Assembly (NCBI GenBank): GCA_054600435.1
Contig: BAAIJX010000038.1
Location: 1 to 64,000, forward strand
Direction: 5' to 3'
Length of the DNA: 64,000 nt
Source: Neophaeotheca triangularis
Lineage: Eukaryota
A program made the position numbers and the translations under genes. Positions 46,682 through 59,600 of this stretch are shown here, one piece after another (positions within the stretch are counted from its first letter, which is position 1; the number at the start of each line of letters is the position of its first letter). The notes under the pieces were generated by a model. It worked only from the letters and a program-made list of their open reading frames with translations, ran no database searches and had not been told where the DNA came from.

Positions 46682-48445
46682 ATGGCCGACCTCTACCCTA
46701 CCATTCCGCAATGTGCGGCAGTAGCAACAGCACTCAAGATCCTCTTATGGCCGGCATAGTAAGCATTCCCGGCATCTTCACCATCTGGCCTTCTACTACG
46801 ACGTCCACTAACCAAAATCCCTAGCAAATCAACCGATTTTGAAGTCCACAGAAATTGGCTGGCCATAACCCATTCCCTCCCTCTCAAAGAATGGTACTAC
46901 GAAAATACCTCCGAATGGACCATGGACTACCCGCCCTTCTTCGCCTATTTCGAATGGCTACTCTCGAACGCTGCACAATACGCAGACGCCGCAATGCTCC
47001 AGGTGCAGAATCTCGGCTACGACTCGTGGCAAACCGTCCACTTCCAGCGTGCGACGGTGCTCTTGACCGAGCTGGTCCTTTTCTACGCCCTACATCGCTA
47101 CATACAGACAACCCCCTTGGCAGCTAAAAAGCAGGCGCACGCAGCGGCCCTGAGTGTCCTCTTCAGTCCGGGTCTTCTCATCATCGACCACATTCACTTC
47201 CAATATAACGGTTTCCTTTATGGCCTCCTGATCCTTTCCATCGTACTCGCTAGAAGCCAGAGAACCCTCCTCTGGAGCGGTCTCCTCTTCGCCGCGCTGC
47301 TCTGTCTCAAACATATCTACCTCTACCTCGCACCGGCGTACGTTGTCTACCTTCTCCGAGCATACTGTCTGGGACCGCGATCCATCTTCGACATCCGCTT
47401 CCTCAACTGCATCAAACTGGGCGCCGGTATCGCAGTCATTGCCGCTCTCGCTTTTGGGCCGTTCGCCTACCTAGGCCAGCTTGATCAAGTCATCAGCCGA
47501 CTTTTCCCATTCTCGCGAGGTCTCTGCCACGCATACTGGGCCCCGAATGTCTGGGCCCTGTACTCTTTTGCCGACCGTGTGCTCATCTATCGTACGTGCC
47601 TCAACTCACTGCACACGCAATCTAATACCTATACTAATCACGATCATCAGTTGCCCCTCGTCTCAACCTCCCAATCAACCAAGAAGCAGTACAAAGCGTA
47701 ACACGCGGTCTAGTCGGCGACACATCCTTCGCTGTGCTCCCCGAAATCACTCCACGCATGACCTTCCTCCTGACCTTAGGCACCCAAGCAGTAAGTGCCC
47801 ACCTCTCCCATCTGCCCGCAAAAGTTGCAAGCTAATCCACCCCACTCTAGCCCGCCCTCCTCAAACTTCTCATCCACCCCAGCCACCCCAACTTCCTTAC
47901 CACCCTAACCCTAACAGCCTATTCTTCCTTCCTCTTCAGCTGGCACGTCCACGAAAAAGCCATACTCCTAGTCCTCATCCCCTTCTCGCTCCTAGCACTG
48001 CGCGACCGCCGCTGGCTAAACGCTTTCAAACCGCTCGCCGTCGCCGGGCACGTAAGCCTCTTCCCACTACTCTTCACCCCGGGAGAAAAAGTCACGGAAG
48101 CGGTATACACTGCTCTCTGGCTTGGAGTGGTAGTCGTTGGCTTTGAGAGAGTCGTGGGCGCGTAAGTTCCAGCCTACACTTCACTCTACCCTCTTAGTTC
48201 TGCGCTTTTCTAACAAACGGTCTGACAGTTCCGCGTCGCCGAGGGTGTTTCTTCTGGATCGCGTAGGTTTCTTGTATATGCTTGCCGCGGTGCCCGTGGT
48301 CTGTTATGGCTGGCTGCTGCACCCGGTGGTTTTTGGCAAGGCTTATGAGTTTTCGCCGCTTTTGGTCGTGAGTGTGTACGCGGCTGTTGGGGTTGTTGGG
48401 AGTTGGCTGGGGTTTTTGGTCGTTTTCTTTAGTGGGGGTTCTTGA
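46682..48445 (+). CDS. ALG8: Dolichyl-P-Glc:Glc1Man9GlcNAc2-PP-Dol alpha-1,3-glucosyltransferase
   Basis: Spliced [16 protein letters not shown]; motifs [41 protein letters not shown] and WHVHEKAIL; several introns. Confidence 0.95.
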
Positions 48446-49221
48446 TGGTGGTTTGTTTCCATGAGAGTGCACCTGCAGGCTTGCAGTGGGCGGGTGGTTG
48501 GGTGCTGTAACTTTATGCGTGTACACCGCTTGCCGGGGAAGGAGAGCTTCCAGTAAAACCACGAGTGGGCAGTGCGATGGTTTGCTGGCGATGGGGTTGT
48601 CTTGAGCATTGGAAGAGGAAGCCGGGCATAGAACGTACGGACGCTGATTGTATCGAAAGTCTGCACGTGTTGAAGCTCAATCGACGGTTCTTTTTGTCTA
48701 AGTATTTACCAGATCTGCGGCGTATAGCCGTCGCGCTCGCACATATCAGACGACACGTCAGTGAATGGCAGATAGCACTCATTCGGTGTCTCGTTGTCTT
48801 GTCTACGGGCTTGATAGCATGGTCCGTAGGTACATGAGTGATCGACTGTAGCCTCCACCATTCCATGGAAGTAACCTCAGTCTTTGTGTGAGGCAATGGG
48901 GTAGAAGGAGCTGCGACTGTCCAAAGAGTTCGAAGACCATAGTCGTTCAATACTGTGTCTCTAATTCTGCTTTGATCAAGTCCTTCTTGATACCGGCCAT
49001 GGATGATGATGTTTCCAAACACCTCCACCTCCATTGTGTTAGTCCACCAAAAACAAAACCCCGAGAGTTCGGTACCGCTAGGTAAGCTAAGCTACCTGGC
49101 ATTTCCCCTGAAGTGGTTCTTGACACTAATGCAGGTACCCGTCGGTTTTAGCGCTTCTTTTGGGGCCGGCTACTATCTTCGCCTATACCTACTAGCACTA
49201 GTAGGCAGTAGTAGTGCTGCT

Positions 49222-49259
49222 CGCCCAGAACAGGTTGCCGCCCAGAACAGGTTGCCGCC
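49222..49259. repeat. 17-bp tandem duplication (CGCCCAGAACAGGTTGC x2)
   Basis: Exact adjacent repeat upstream of the RRM gene. Confidence 0.85.
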
Positions 49260-50297
49260 GCTTCAGCTTTCTGCACGGGATGCAGCAACGATAACACCGT
49301 CGTCAACTGTTACAATTAATACCTGTTATTATCATCATTATGGGGGTGGGTTTCAATACGGAAGAAATGTTTGTATACCTTCTACTTATCACTGACACAT
49401 GATACACATGTATGATAGCTCAATCGGGCAAAGTTGACCCCCCCGGTCTTTCAAGTCAGTCTCGGGCCGGGGGCTAGTCAGGTACGGGCGGGTAATCTCC
49501 TCCCTATTAATTATTATTATTATTGCCCGCATGCTGCGCCGACCGTTCTCTACCCAAGTTAATCCTACTCCACGCCGCATCCCCTCTCCAACGACTCCCG
49601 GATTCCTCCTCCTCCCCCTTCTCCTCTTCCCTATCCTTCTCAATCCTTTACCTTTTCCCCTCTCTCTATCTCTCTCTCTGTTTCCCTCTCTCTCTTTCTC
49701 CCTTTCCCCAAACGGTGCCGCTTCCTTTGGCCATTGTTCCCTATTCCGTTTACCCTTATCTTGCACTCAAGCGTAGCCTTACCACCTTTTGGGTAGCTCG
49801 CTGGTAGTCCACATTCCTTAATCCTTACCTCTACTCCTTTTCTTCTTCTTGTTTCTTCTCCACCCCTTTCACACATTCCTTCCATTCGGACCCTGCCGAA
49901 CCTTGCCCATCTTCTGGCGTAATACCTATCAACTCCGCTACCACAGCATACCTCGAGCTTCGACCGCATAGAAACGAGCCCATACCTATCTATACCTATC
50001 GAAGCCATTGATACGCAAGAGCTGGGAAGAACGTGTACATACAATTTTCCGAGTCTTGTAGACTGGCATAGTGTTTAGTTGCAACTTCACAAAGAGCTAG
50101 GGCAGAGATTGCCAACGTACGTCTATACCACAAGATCGAGAGAGGCATTGCGCGCATACGGATAGCCAGCTGATCTTGACGGAACAGCAATATCACACCT
50201 CGAGCTTGATCCTTTCAAGCTCTCGTCTCCAACCATCACGGCGGCACTCTCAGCAAATGCGCGGGACAGCATATCGCTGCCGCCGCATCTACTCAAC

Positions 50298-52982
50298 ATG
50301 TCCGACTCCATTGCTTCCGGTCCATCCCTTGGCCACCGTCAGACTCAATCCTTCGCCGTCAACAACAAGCAGTCCCTAGGAGGCGACACGGGCTTTTCTC
50401 ATGGCTCGTTTCACTCCAACCAGCCCTCCATTGGTGGGTATTCTGAGAGGCACCCTCAGCGCGCCAGCATGGCACCCATCAATACCGGTCGGATGCAGCA
50501 TCAAAACTACAGCGCCGACATGCAGACTCCTCAGACCGGCTTCGACCCAAACTACACTCCTCTTTTACCATCTCAGCTGCTAATGGGTAGTCCCTTCCAG
50601 CCAGGCTCGCCATCAGCCTTCCAATCTCCACAATTTCAGAGCTTCCCATCTTTCCCACAACAAAACAACATGCGTCAAAGCCAGCAGCAACAGCAGCAAC
50701 CAATGCCTGGCGCCTTCCAGCAACAGCAACCCATGTCACCGCAGATGTATCAGAGCATGGCGAACCCAAATCCTCTCGGTGGCCAACCTTTCTACAACAA
50801 CATGAACAACATGCAAGGTCAGGCACCACAAGGTTTCAACGCGATGAACGCACAGCAGCAAATGGCCGGTTACGGTCAGGCAATGCCCATGAACTCCGGC
50901 AACACTTCCGGCACCAGCAGGACCGTCTATCTTGGCAACATCCCACCAGACACCCCTGCAGAAGAGGTTCTCAGCCACGTCCGAAGCGGGCAGATTGAGT
51001 CTGTGAGGATCCTCCCGGACAAGAACTGCGCTTTCATCTCTTTCCTCGACGGCAGCTCTGCCACGCACTTTCACTCCGATGCCATTCTGAAAAAACTCTC
51101 CATCAAGGGGCAGGATATCAAGATCGGCTGGGGCAAACCTTCATCGGTACCCACCTCAGTCGCTCTCGCGGTGCAGCAGAATGGCGCGTCGAGGAACGTC
51201 TACTTGGGCAATATACCCGAGGAGACCACTGAAGATGAGCTCCGTGAGGATTTGAGCAAGTTTGGTCCTATCGATACCGTCAAGATTGTGAGGGAAAAGG
51301 CGATTGGTTTCGTTCATTTCCTATCCATCAGCAACGCTATCAAGGCCGTCACCCAATTACCCCAAGAGGCGAAGTGGCAGACTCCGAGGCGTGTCTTTTA
51401 CGGCAAGGACCGCTGTGCCTACGTGTCAAAGACTCAGCAGCAAAACGCCGCGCAGTATCTGGGTATCGCTCCGGGTTATGCGCACGTCCTGAATGGCGCT
51501 GACCGTGACTTGATCACCAATGCTCTCGCTCAGCAGTCTGTTGCAGCAGCCGCCGTAGCTACGACAGCTGGTGGTGTCAACAACCTAGGCAATCGCACCG
51601 TCTACCTGGGTAACATCCACCCTGAAACGACCATCGAAGAGATCTGCAACGTCGTCCGTGGCGGTCTCCTCCACCACGTCCGCTACATCCCCGACAAGCA
51701 CATTTGCTTTGTTACTTTTATCGATCCCACCTCGGCCGCTTCTTTCTACGCTTTGAGCAACCTTCAAGGCCTCATGATCCACAACCGCAGGCTCAAGATC
51801 GGCTGGGGCAAACACTCGGGCGCTTTGCCACCAGCCATTGCCCTCGCCGTCTCGGGTGGTGCCAGCCGCAACGTCTACGTTGGAAATCTAGACGAGACCT
51901 GGACCGAAGACCGCTTGCGCCAGGACTTCCAAGACTATGGCGAGATTGAACTCATCAACACTCTACGGGAGAAATCCTGCGCTTTTGTCAATTTCACCAA
52001 CATTGCAAACGCCATCAAAGCTATCGAGGCCGTCAGGGGCAAGGAAGAGTACAAGCGTTTCAAAGTCAACTTCGGCAAGGACCGCTGTGGTAACCCGCCA
52101 AGGCAGGTCATGAACCCCCAACAGCAGCAGCAACAAAATCAGCAGCACCAACAAGATGCCAACGGTATCGGCTCTCCCTCGCCCGTCAACGGCGGCACTC
52201 TCCACCCCCACCACCACCGCAATACCCACTCCATCTCCCCCGCTTCCGGCGCCAGCAACAGCCACCACAACTCAAACCCCAACGCCACGGCTTCAGCAAT
52301 CCTCTCGGCCAACCCCACCGCTAATCCCCTTACCCTCTACCTCGCCGCCGCCCAACAGCAAGCCGCGCAACAACAACACTTCGACCCGTCCGAGTCGCCG
52401 GAAACTTTCCACACCGGGCCAAACTACCCAAGCAGCAATTTTTACAATTCCGACGACAACAGCCTAGAAGGATTGCGTCTCGATTTCCCCGCTCAGCAGC
52501 AACAACAACAACAGCAGCAACAGCAGCAGCAGGGCGCTCATGGCTCTCACGCCAGCATCGGCAGTTTCGCACAGCTCCTCAATGCCACGGGTAGTCATGG
52601 GCTTGGTGGTATTAGTGGGGCGAGACACGGCGCTACTGCTTCGACGCACTCTTTTGCTCATAACCCCGCTACGAACGCGAACGGGGGTTTTGGGTTTGAA
52701 AATGGGAATGGGAACGGTGGTGGTGGTGGTGGTGGTGGTTTCTTAACCGCGCCTGCGCTCAAGAGTCAGCATCTTCGCGCTGTCAGTTTGCCTGTTTTCA
52801 ACGGCGGCGGCGGCGGAGACGTGGAGGCTCAGTCTGGCCAGGGACTCGAGTATGGTGCGAACGGTTCTATAGGCGGGCAGGGGCAGGGGCAAGGACAGGG
52901 TATGAATGGCGGCGGCAGTGCAATGGGCGGCATGGGGAATGCGGGTTTGAATGGGTGGGTTGAGGAGGATGGGGTTGCTTGA
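50298..52982 (+). CDS. nrd1: Four-RRM RNA-binding protein, S. pombe Nrd1 / S. cerevisiae Mrn1 homologue
   Basis: Four RRMs ([32 protein letters not shown]), two GKDRC and two KIGWGK motifs; Q/N/G-rich termini. Confidence 0.93.
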   Translation: MSDSIASGPSLGHRQTQSFAVNNKQSLGGDTGFSHGSFHSNQPSIGGYSERHPQRASMAPINTGRMQHQNYSADMQTPQTGFDPNYTPLLPSQLLMGSPFQPGSPSAFQSPQFQSFPSFPQQNNMRQSQQQQQQPMPGAFQQQQPMSPQMYQSMANPNPLGGQPFYNNMNNMQGQAPQGFNAMNAQQQMAGYGQAMPMNSGNTSGTSRTVYLGNIPPDTPAEEVLSHVRSGQIESVRILPDKNCAFISFLDGSSATHFHSDAILKKLSIKGQDIKIGWGKPSSVPTSVALAVQQNGASRNVYLGNIPEETTEDELREDLSKFGPIDTVKIVREKAIGFVHFLSISNAIKAVTQLPQEAKWQTPRRVFYGKDRCAYVSKTQQQNAAQYLGIAPGYAHVLNGADRDLITNALAQQSVAAAAVATTAGGVNNLGNRTVYLGNIHPETTIEEICNVVRGGLLHHVRYIPDKHICFVTFIDPTSAASFYALSNLQGLMIHNRRLKIGWGKHSGALPPAIALAVSGGASRNVYVGNLDETWTEDRLRQDFQDYGEIELINTLREKSCAFVNFTNIANAIKAIEAVRGKEEYKRFKVNFGKDRCGNPPRQVMNPQQQQQQNQQHQQDANGIGSPSPVNGGTLHPHHHRNTHSISPASGASNSHHNSNPNATASAILSANPTANPLTLYLAAAQQQAAQQQHFDPSESPETFHTGPNYPSSNFYNSDDNSLEGLRLDFPAQQQQQQQQQQQQQGAHGSHASIGSFAQLLNATGSHGLGGISGARHGATASTHSFAHNPATNANGGFGFENGNGNGGGGGGGGFLTAPALKSQHLRAVSLPVFNGGGGGDVEAQSGQGLEYGANGSIGGQGQGQGQGMNGGGSAMGGMGNAGLNGWVEEDGVA

Positions 52983-53762
52983 GTTTTAGGGTGGGGATTC
53001 GTTTTTTCTTGGTCGGCTCTTGTTGTGAGGGTCTGGGTGAGTGAGTACGTGAGTGGGTGAGTGAGTGAATAGGAGTAACCGAGTGGGCTTCTTTCCCGCT
53101 GTGGGGTTTCTTGATCGATGGGTCGATGGGTCGAGCTGGCTGTGTCGCGCGGCTGTGAATGCTATGCTCGAATGGAGGTTTTGGGTTTTAATACTCTCGC
53201 GAGTCGAGAAGATGTGGGCAAGTAAGGAAGGAAGGAAGAGAGGTGGTGGTGGTGGTGGTAATAATGGCAATCGGGCGGAAATGGATAAATACCTGGGGCA
53301 AATGGGTGTTTTTTTGTCAGTCTATCTATCTGTCTGTCTGTCCCGAGTTTGAAAGAAAGTGGTCTCTCGGGTCTGATTTAATTGTATATCAAAGAAGTTT
53401 TTCTTTCCTCTTGTCTGGTCTTGCTGGTTCTTGTCCTTTTTTTTTTTTTTTTTTCCTTTTTTCCCCCTTTTTCCTTTTTTTTTTCTTGCTTCCTCTTAGA
53501 CGTCTTCTACTTTTTCCGTTGGCAACCAATCTACTTCCTCTTACTGTCATTATCACAGACTATGTCCTGCTTCCTCGTCTTTATCTCCTTCAATCCCTTT
53601 ATCCATTTCCCCCTCAAGACTCTAGGATAATGACTCGGGGGGCCCGAGGCTTTCGACTCGTTCACCTCATCCACCGTAAGAAGCTCCACTACTTGCTCTT
53701 ACTCTTGCTATTGCTCTTGCTCTTACGCGTTCGAGTCAGCGCAAAGGGGTAAGAACAAAAGG

Positions 53763-53778
53763 GAAAAAGAAAAAAAAA
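53763..53778 (-). terminator. Pol III oligo-dT terminator of the 5S gene
   Basis: T9 and T5 runs immediately 3' of the 5S on the minus strand. Confidence 0.8.
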
Positions 53779-53779
53779 G

Positions 53780-53901
53780 AGATACAACAGGTGGGATTCC
53801 CACGTGGTCACCCACCGTAGTACTAATCACCCGCTTCAATGCTTAAGTACCCGAGAGCGGACGGGATCGGCTGTAGTTTTCATTGAGCTATGGTCGTATC
53901 T
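53780..53901 (-). rRNA. Dispersed 5S rRNA gene (122 nt)
   Basis: Minus strand reads AGATACGACCATAG...TCCCGTCCGCTC...TTAAGC...TTAGTA...GGGTGACC...GAATC...TGTTGTATCT. The 5' and 3' ends pair, and an oligo-T tract follows. Confidence 0.95.
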
Positions 53902-53924
53902 GGAAGGAGCAACTCAACAATCGC

Positions 53925-53930
53925 TTATAT
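53925..53930 (-). promoter_or_regulatory. TATA-like element (ATATAA) at -24 to -29 of the 5S gene
   Basis: Position matches the upstream TATA element known for dispersed Neurospora 5S genes. Confidence 0.6.
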
Positions 53931-54604
53931 CCCCTAGAGAAATAGGAAAGCACGAAGAACCAAGCCAGTTCAACTGGAGAAATGACGGCTTCGAGGGCCG
54001 AAATGCCTGGCAGCTTGAACTTCAATGACGAGGGAAATTTATCGTTGTAGAGACGATCTTTCGATATTGTAATGAGGTGTACTGTGGATAATTGTACTAT
54101 AAATAATTGAGGGCAGAGCAGGGCGGGGTAAGGCAGGTAAGGGTAGGGTAGGGTAGCTCAAAACTTGGGTTTAGAGGTGGTATATATATACAAATTCTAG
54201 AGTCATCAGGTCAAATCGACTCGACTAGACTAGACTCTACTTGGTTTATACTCGATTCGACCTACATTGGGTGAGATTGAAGAAACAATCGCCATAGCCG
54301 TCGGAGCCAACTCTGCTTTCCTACCGTTCTTGTTACCAAGAGAAATTTACAAATACATACATTGCTTTAGCCTCCTACTTCTCTAGGTCCCGGGTGAGAT
54401 GGAAAAGATAGATATATGTCTGCACTAGGCCGTTTCTTTCGCCCGAGAGACCTTGGTCGCAGGACGCTGCGATTGTGTTTCGTTGTACGAGTGTTCTATG
54501 TCTTGGGCCATACCCCACCCTAAGGCGATTCGACCAACCCAACAAAACACGATCCCACGTACGCCATCAGCGTATAACCGCCGCAACGTCGCGGCACACC
54601 CCGG

Positions 54605-55789
54605 CCCTCCCCACGGCAGAAGGATTCGGCGAAAAGAATTACCTCCCTTTCGGATCCGCCCTAGCCCTTAACCCCCTCAAGCACTCGTGCTTCTCCTCAT
54701 CCTCAGACTTAAGGACCTTTCACCCCCCGCCCCCCGCTTTGTAAGCAGAATCGTGAATGCAGTCGAGGAGTTGGCAGACGGCGGAGTCACGCCAGCTGTA
54801 AGCCGTGCCGGTTGCGGCGTTGGCGCGGAAGAGCGAGTACGTGCCGCCATAGCATTAGATGTGTTGATAGAGATTGGTGGTTAGGTCCCTGTTGAGGACC
54901 ATTGTGGATGCGGTCGGCGAGTTGCTTGGACCAGTTGGCGTGGATGAGGGTTGTGGAGGAGGAGGTCATGTAAGTTCGATTTTTCTACGGGTGGTCGGAT
55001 TCGCGGATGCTTTTGCAGAGTAATTCGCGTGTCATGGCTGGTATTGGTTGGTTGTGTTTGTCGCTTAGGAGATGTAATTTGCCGCAGTCGGCTAGGCTGT
55101 CGACCGTTGTGGGTCCTAGTTGTCGTCTTGGCTGAAGGGGAACCCATTGAGCGTAGAAAATGGTGGTCGTGGATGGCCGTCCAGATCGTAGATTTCGGGG
55201 TGCTTCTCCTCCATCACTCCGTCGAGCTCGGGGATAAAGTGGCGTAGCGGCAAGTTGGAACTGGAAACACTGACACAGAGATCGTAGTTACGTGGGAGAT
55301 TGAGGTCGTCTGCCATCTCCGCCCCGTTTCGTCATCAGGGCTTCCACGAGCTGTCTGTTGTATCACCAGACCGCTTTCACGCCATGGGGGGAGAGGCCGC
55401 CGACCTTCATGAAGACCAGCTAACACCGACGTAGACGACAGACTCGTCGCTGCGCTGGTAAAGAGCCATCAGATCCCTGCCCACAGTCTTGGAAGTTCCA
55501 TTCAAGTCGATGAAAATATTCGGGCCCGACGTTGAAAATGTTTCACTGTACTAATGACCACCGCTTTCGATGGCGACAGCGACTTTTTCTCTCCTTGGCG
55601 TAGTTGATGGCAGCAAGGATATCCTCGTCGTTGGCTGGCTGGAGGATGAGAGATGGATGGAAACCATGGTCGATCTCGCACGTAGACGTCGCATACTCGT
55701 AGTTGTTGTTCTTCCAACCATGTTTGAGGAGTGGATCCGCTGAGCGAGGGTACTGAAGCCCCTTTTAGAAATCTTGGATTGGTGGCCAT
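54605..55789 (-). pseudogene. Decayed FAD-linked oxidoreductase (FAD_binding_4/PCMH + BBE-like C-terminus)
   Basis: Collinear fragments across frames: YEYATST..HPSLILQPANDEDILAAINYAK / VAVAIESGGH*YS..STSGPNIFIDL..VSWS / HGVKAVW*YN / MADDLNLPRNYDLCVSV / CYGG..GTAYSWRDS / LRARADPKG..FSPNP. Multiple stops, frameshifts and an apparent internal deletion. Confidence 0.75.
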
Positions 55790-56692
55790 TGTTCCTGAAC
55801 GGCATATCTATATTGACTCTTAAGCACCTTTGGCACAGAGGACCGACCATCTTTGCGCTGCTCGTTCACAGCGCGAGACGTCCTCATTCACGTCTCGTCG
55901 GCTTAATACATCTTCTCAACCTACCCGGGTGCTTCAGCCAGCCACTTCAACTCTTGACTGTCTTGCGTGTAAAATTTTCAGACTCGAGCCATCTCAGACC
56001 AAGAACGCGCATGTTGTTCCCACCTCTTTGCTCGCGCTCGAAAGCTTTCTCAGCTTTCCATGCTGCGGTGGCGTCGATGAAAGTGGTCGAGTCTCGAGTG
56101 TCGAGTCTCACCTCAGCCTTGGACCGTGCGTTTTGATACTGTCTACGTCGTGCTGAGCTTGTCAGGGTCAGTCTTTGGGTTTTGGCGGCAGTAAGTTTCT
56201 AGATATTTGAGTGGATCATTTCTAAGTGGAGATATTGGATACCTAGTAGTAGATGGGAGCTCTTTTCAAACCTGAACAGTGTGGTCTTACGACGGTAGGC
56301 AAGTTGTACACACCACACCTGGAAATCCATGTTGGACAATGGAATGCGTCGGTGATTTCAGCTCCAAGGCCACGGCAACCACAGTCAGTGAAGGTCTATG
56401 ACGATATCAAGACACTGCCTTTTGGTATTCGCAACTACAAAAAGCATTGCTATCTGCAAAGCCATCGCTGCTAGCAAAAATAGTATCATCAGCAGCAAAA
56501 GGCCATCACCTTCATCAGCCTCACCCCACCCTCCAAGAAAACGCCACGCTATGCTATGCTATGCTATGCCACGAGCGAAGGATTTACTCCCGAGCAAACG
56601 ACTTACCCCTCGAAGACACTTCTGGGACAGTCTAGTCCCTAAGATGTGCCCTCGTTCGCGCGCCCACGATCAAATACCACCGCCAACCCCTT

Positions 56693-59600
56693 TCAACCCC
56701 TACGCGTCGAAGGCTTCCTCGTCACAGCCTGCGCGACCCCCTTGCCACTCCCCCTCGACTTCTTCTCCTTCTTAGCTTTCGGCTCGGAATGAGCATGCCC
56801 CAGCTCCGTCCTAGCAGTGGCATTGCGCCAGCGCAAACAGCGGTCTCCACTCGCCACTTCTTCTTCCTTGACCTTGTTGCGGGTTGAGACGCGATGCGCC
56901 GCCTCCTCGTCCGCCTCGTCCTTTCTCCTGGCTTCTTCCTCAAAGAACTGCTGCCGCTTCTGCATGTACTCGGCAATGGTGTCGCGCCATTCCATGAGAT
57001 CCTTTTTGAGTTTTTTCTCGCGCAGCCCGCGGTCGTCGAGGTAGTCGATGAGGGCGTCCAGCTCGGCGGGTGAGTCGTAGTAGCCCCATTCGGTGGCATT
57101 GGCGAGGACTGTGGCACCCTCTTCGAAAGTACGGCGTTCTGGGACGGTGACGCCGAAGCGGCGTTTGTACTCTGCTTGCTGGTCGGGTGGCAGGTTGATC
57201 AAGCCTTCGATCTCCATAGGGTCGGGCCCTTGCACCCAGAGGCGAGCATTGGAGTAGCCATAGTGCGAGGTGCTGGAATCTGGGAGCCCACCGTATGGTT
57301 GGCCGTTGCGTTCAAAGAAGTAATAGCGATTACAGTAGCGATCCAGGCCAAGCACTTTGGTGCGCTGTACGTTAAGCTCGCGCAGGTCGTCGTCGAGCTC
57401 TTTGATCTGATCCTCAAAATCTTGAACACGCTCACGTAGCTCTTCAACGTCGTCACAGAGCTTTTGGAAGGCTCGTCTTTCCTTATTCTTGGCTTTGGTG
57501 GCGGTGTCGAGCTTGGCTTGCTTCTCCTTTTCCGCCTTGGCGGCTTCAGACTCTCGCTTACGCTTCCTGTCATTGCCACGTCTGAGGGCACGGCCAGAAG
57601 TGGGAGCATCTTCGTCGAGGTCGTCGCTACCAGCCGTACCGTTGGTTTCTATTGTGTCGTCGATGTCCCCAGTCGTGGTGTCGAGCTCTGCATTCGCTTG
57701 CGCAGCCTGATTCTCCATAAAGTTCGGTGCGGCAATCTTCCGTTCTCGGTCCCTGGCGTTCAACTCTGCTATGCAGTCCTTGCGTTGGCGTTGAAGGTCG
57801 GTCTTCTTCTTGCGAACCTCGGTCTGATCGTCACTGCAGGTATCAAGGTAATCCTTCAGGGCTTTTGTGCGGGAGAATTCGTAAAGAATCATCTCCAGCG
57901 CGCGAACACGTTTGTTTACTGAGAGAAAATTGTACTGCTCCCTCGCAGTCTCTCTTACTGGTTCGGAACCGGCTGGAGCCAGATCCGCGAGGATATCGAG
58001 ACAACGATCCTTGTTTCGTGAGTCATGAGAGAGCTGCCAGAGGAATCCAACGAGAATGGTCTGCCAGCCACCGTGCACAAAGTCACGGGCAGCCAACTTC
58101 TGGATCCAATCAGACGCCATTTCGCCTGCACAATGCGCCTTCTCGGGAGGAACGCTGGGGCTCTTCATGTCGGCTGCGATCTCTACATGGCTTAGCCTGC
58201 TGCGGGTAGAACGCGCGGGCGCGTCTGGCAAGTCAGGGATGGGCGTCGGCTCTTGACTCTCATCTGGCTGAGAATCGGACTCTTCGTCGGATTCGTCGGG
58301 AAGAGCTGGTAGCTTCACTTGGACTTGGCCCTTCGCATCGACGATCTGCTTCAGCAACGAACAGTGAACCTCGTTGAGAAGCTCACACGGGATGTCGTCC
58401 TGAGAATAATGCATAGCGTCCATAAAGTCGTCAAACGTGAACGTGTCAAGGACCAGTACTTCGCTCTGTACGTTGAGCGTGACGTAGGCCTCAAGCAGCA
58501 TACCCATTGACTCCATGGAGACGCCTTCTATCGGCTCAGTTCGGTTAGACTGGACGTAGCGCGCCTGCTCCTCGGTCTGAAAGCTGAGTGGTGGACGAAC
58601 ACCACCACCTGGTCCACGTGTACGATGTATTTCTGGCTGGATATCGGTGTCTTCGATGGGGTATTTGATCGGCGGAGGAATTACAACTTGTGGGCGCGGG
58701 GCTTGTTGTTGCATTTGATGAGGAGGCCGTTGGTGGGCACCATTTTGCTGTTGCATGCCGGCGAGATGTTGCTCATTCGCAAGTTCCTGAGGACTGAGGT
58801 TCTTGGCGCGATGTGCAACTTTGGTACCCTTTGGCTTGCCGGCTTGGAGCATGTGCTGCTTGTTTGCGAGAAAGACGGCGTTCTGAAGAAGATGCGCAGG
58901 TATGTCCATCGGTAAACGATATTGCATGGCAAGGTTCTCCTTGACCAACCAAGGGGCTCCTGTCCAGGATTCACGCTGCAGAGAGTTTTTGAGGAAGGAG
59001 CGGAGGTTCTGTTTCGTGAAGACTTTCCGGTCGCGACGAAGGTGCTTGTCGTCGAGCAGAGCTTCCTCGTTTGGTCGTAAATTGCTGCGGACGAAATAAC
59101 GCGAGAACGCCTCTCGCTGCACGGAACCATCGGCGCCTCGAATCATTGGGAATTTCGCCTTTTCGCGTATCACGCCATCGTATTCGTCGACATTTTCGAT
59201 AAAGACGGTTACTTCCTCGCCCGGGAAGTAGTCGTGTTTGTACTCGTCGTATATTTGGGTCACTGTGCGAGTGTTAGCTTTTTGTCTGTTTGATCGCTTA
59301 ATAACTGCGACTCACCCAGATCATCGATGCGCGATACAGTCGAGAATTGCACGCTTCGAAGAATTGGATCGCGGAGCACCTCAGGAAACAGCTCGTCAAT
59401 CTCCTTAGCACTGTTGAGCTGATAGGTGTAAGTAGGTGCACTGGTCAACGTCATCACGTGATTACTAACCTCCGACTTTTGCGCAGCGAAAAAAGTGAGC
59501 CCCGATTTGCCGTTAACTGCGTCGGTGAACTTTTTCTGCGAAGACATTAGTTGGGAAGGGGGTTAGGGGATAGTTTTAGCAGGAGCGTACCTGGCTGAGA

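Noticed and set aside
47903..47914. CCCTAACCCTAA: interstitial telomere or telomerase RNA template
   Set aside because: Only two units, inside an ALG8 exon encoding TLTLT.
48513..49034. 173-aa minus ORF downstream of ALG8
   Set aside because: No recognisable homology or splice-consistent model.
56213..56224. GGATCATTTCTA resembling U3 snoRNA box A
   Set aside because: No accompanying boxes A', C', B, C or D; probably a chance match.
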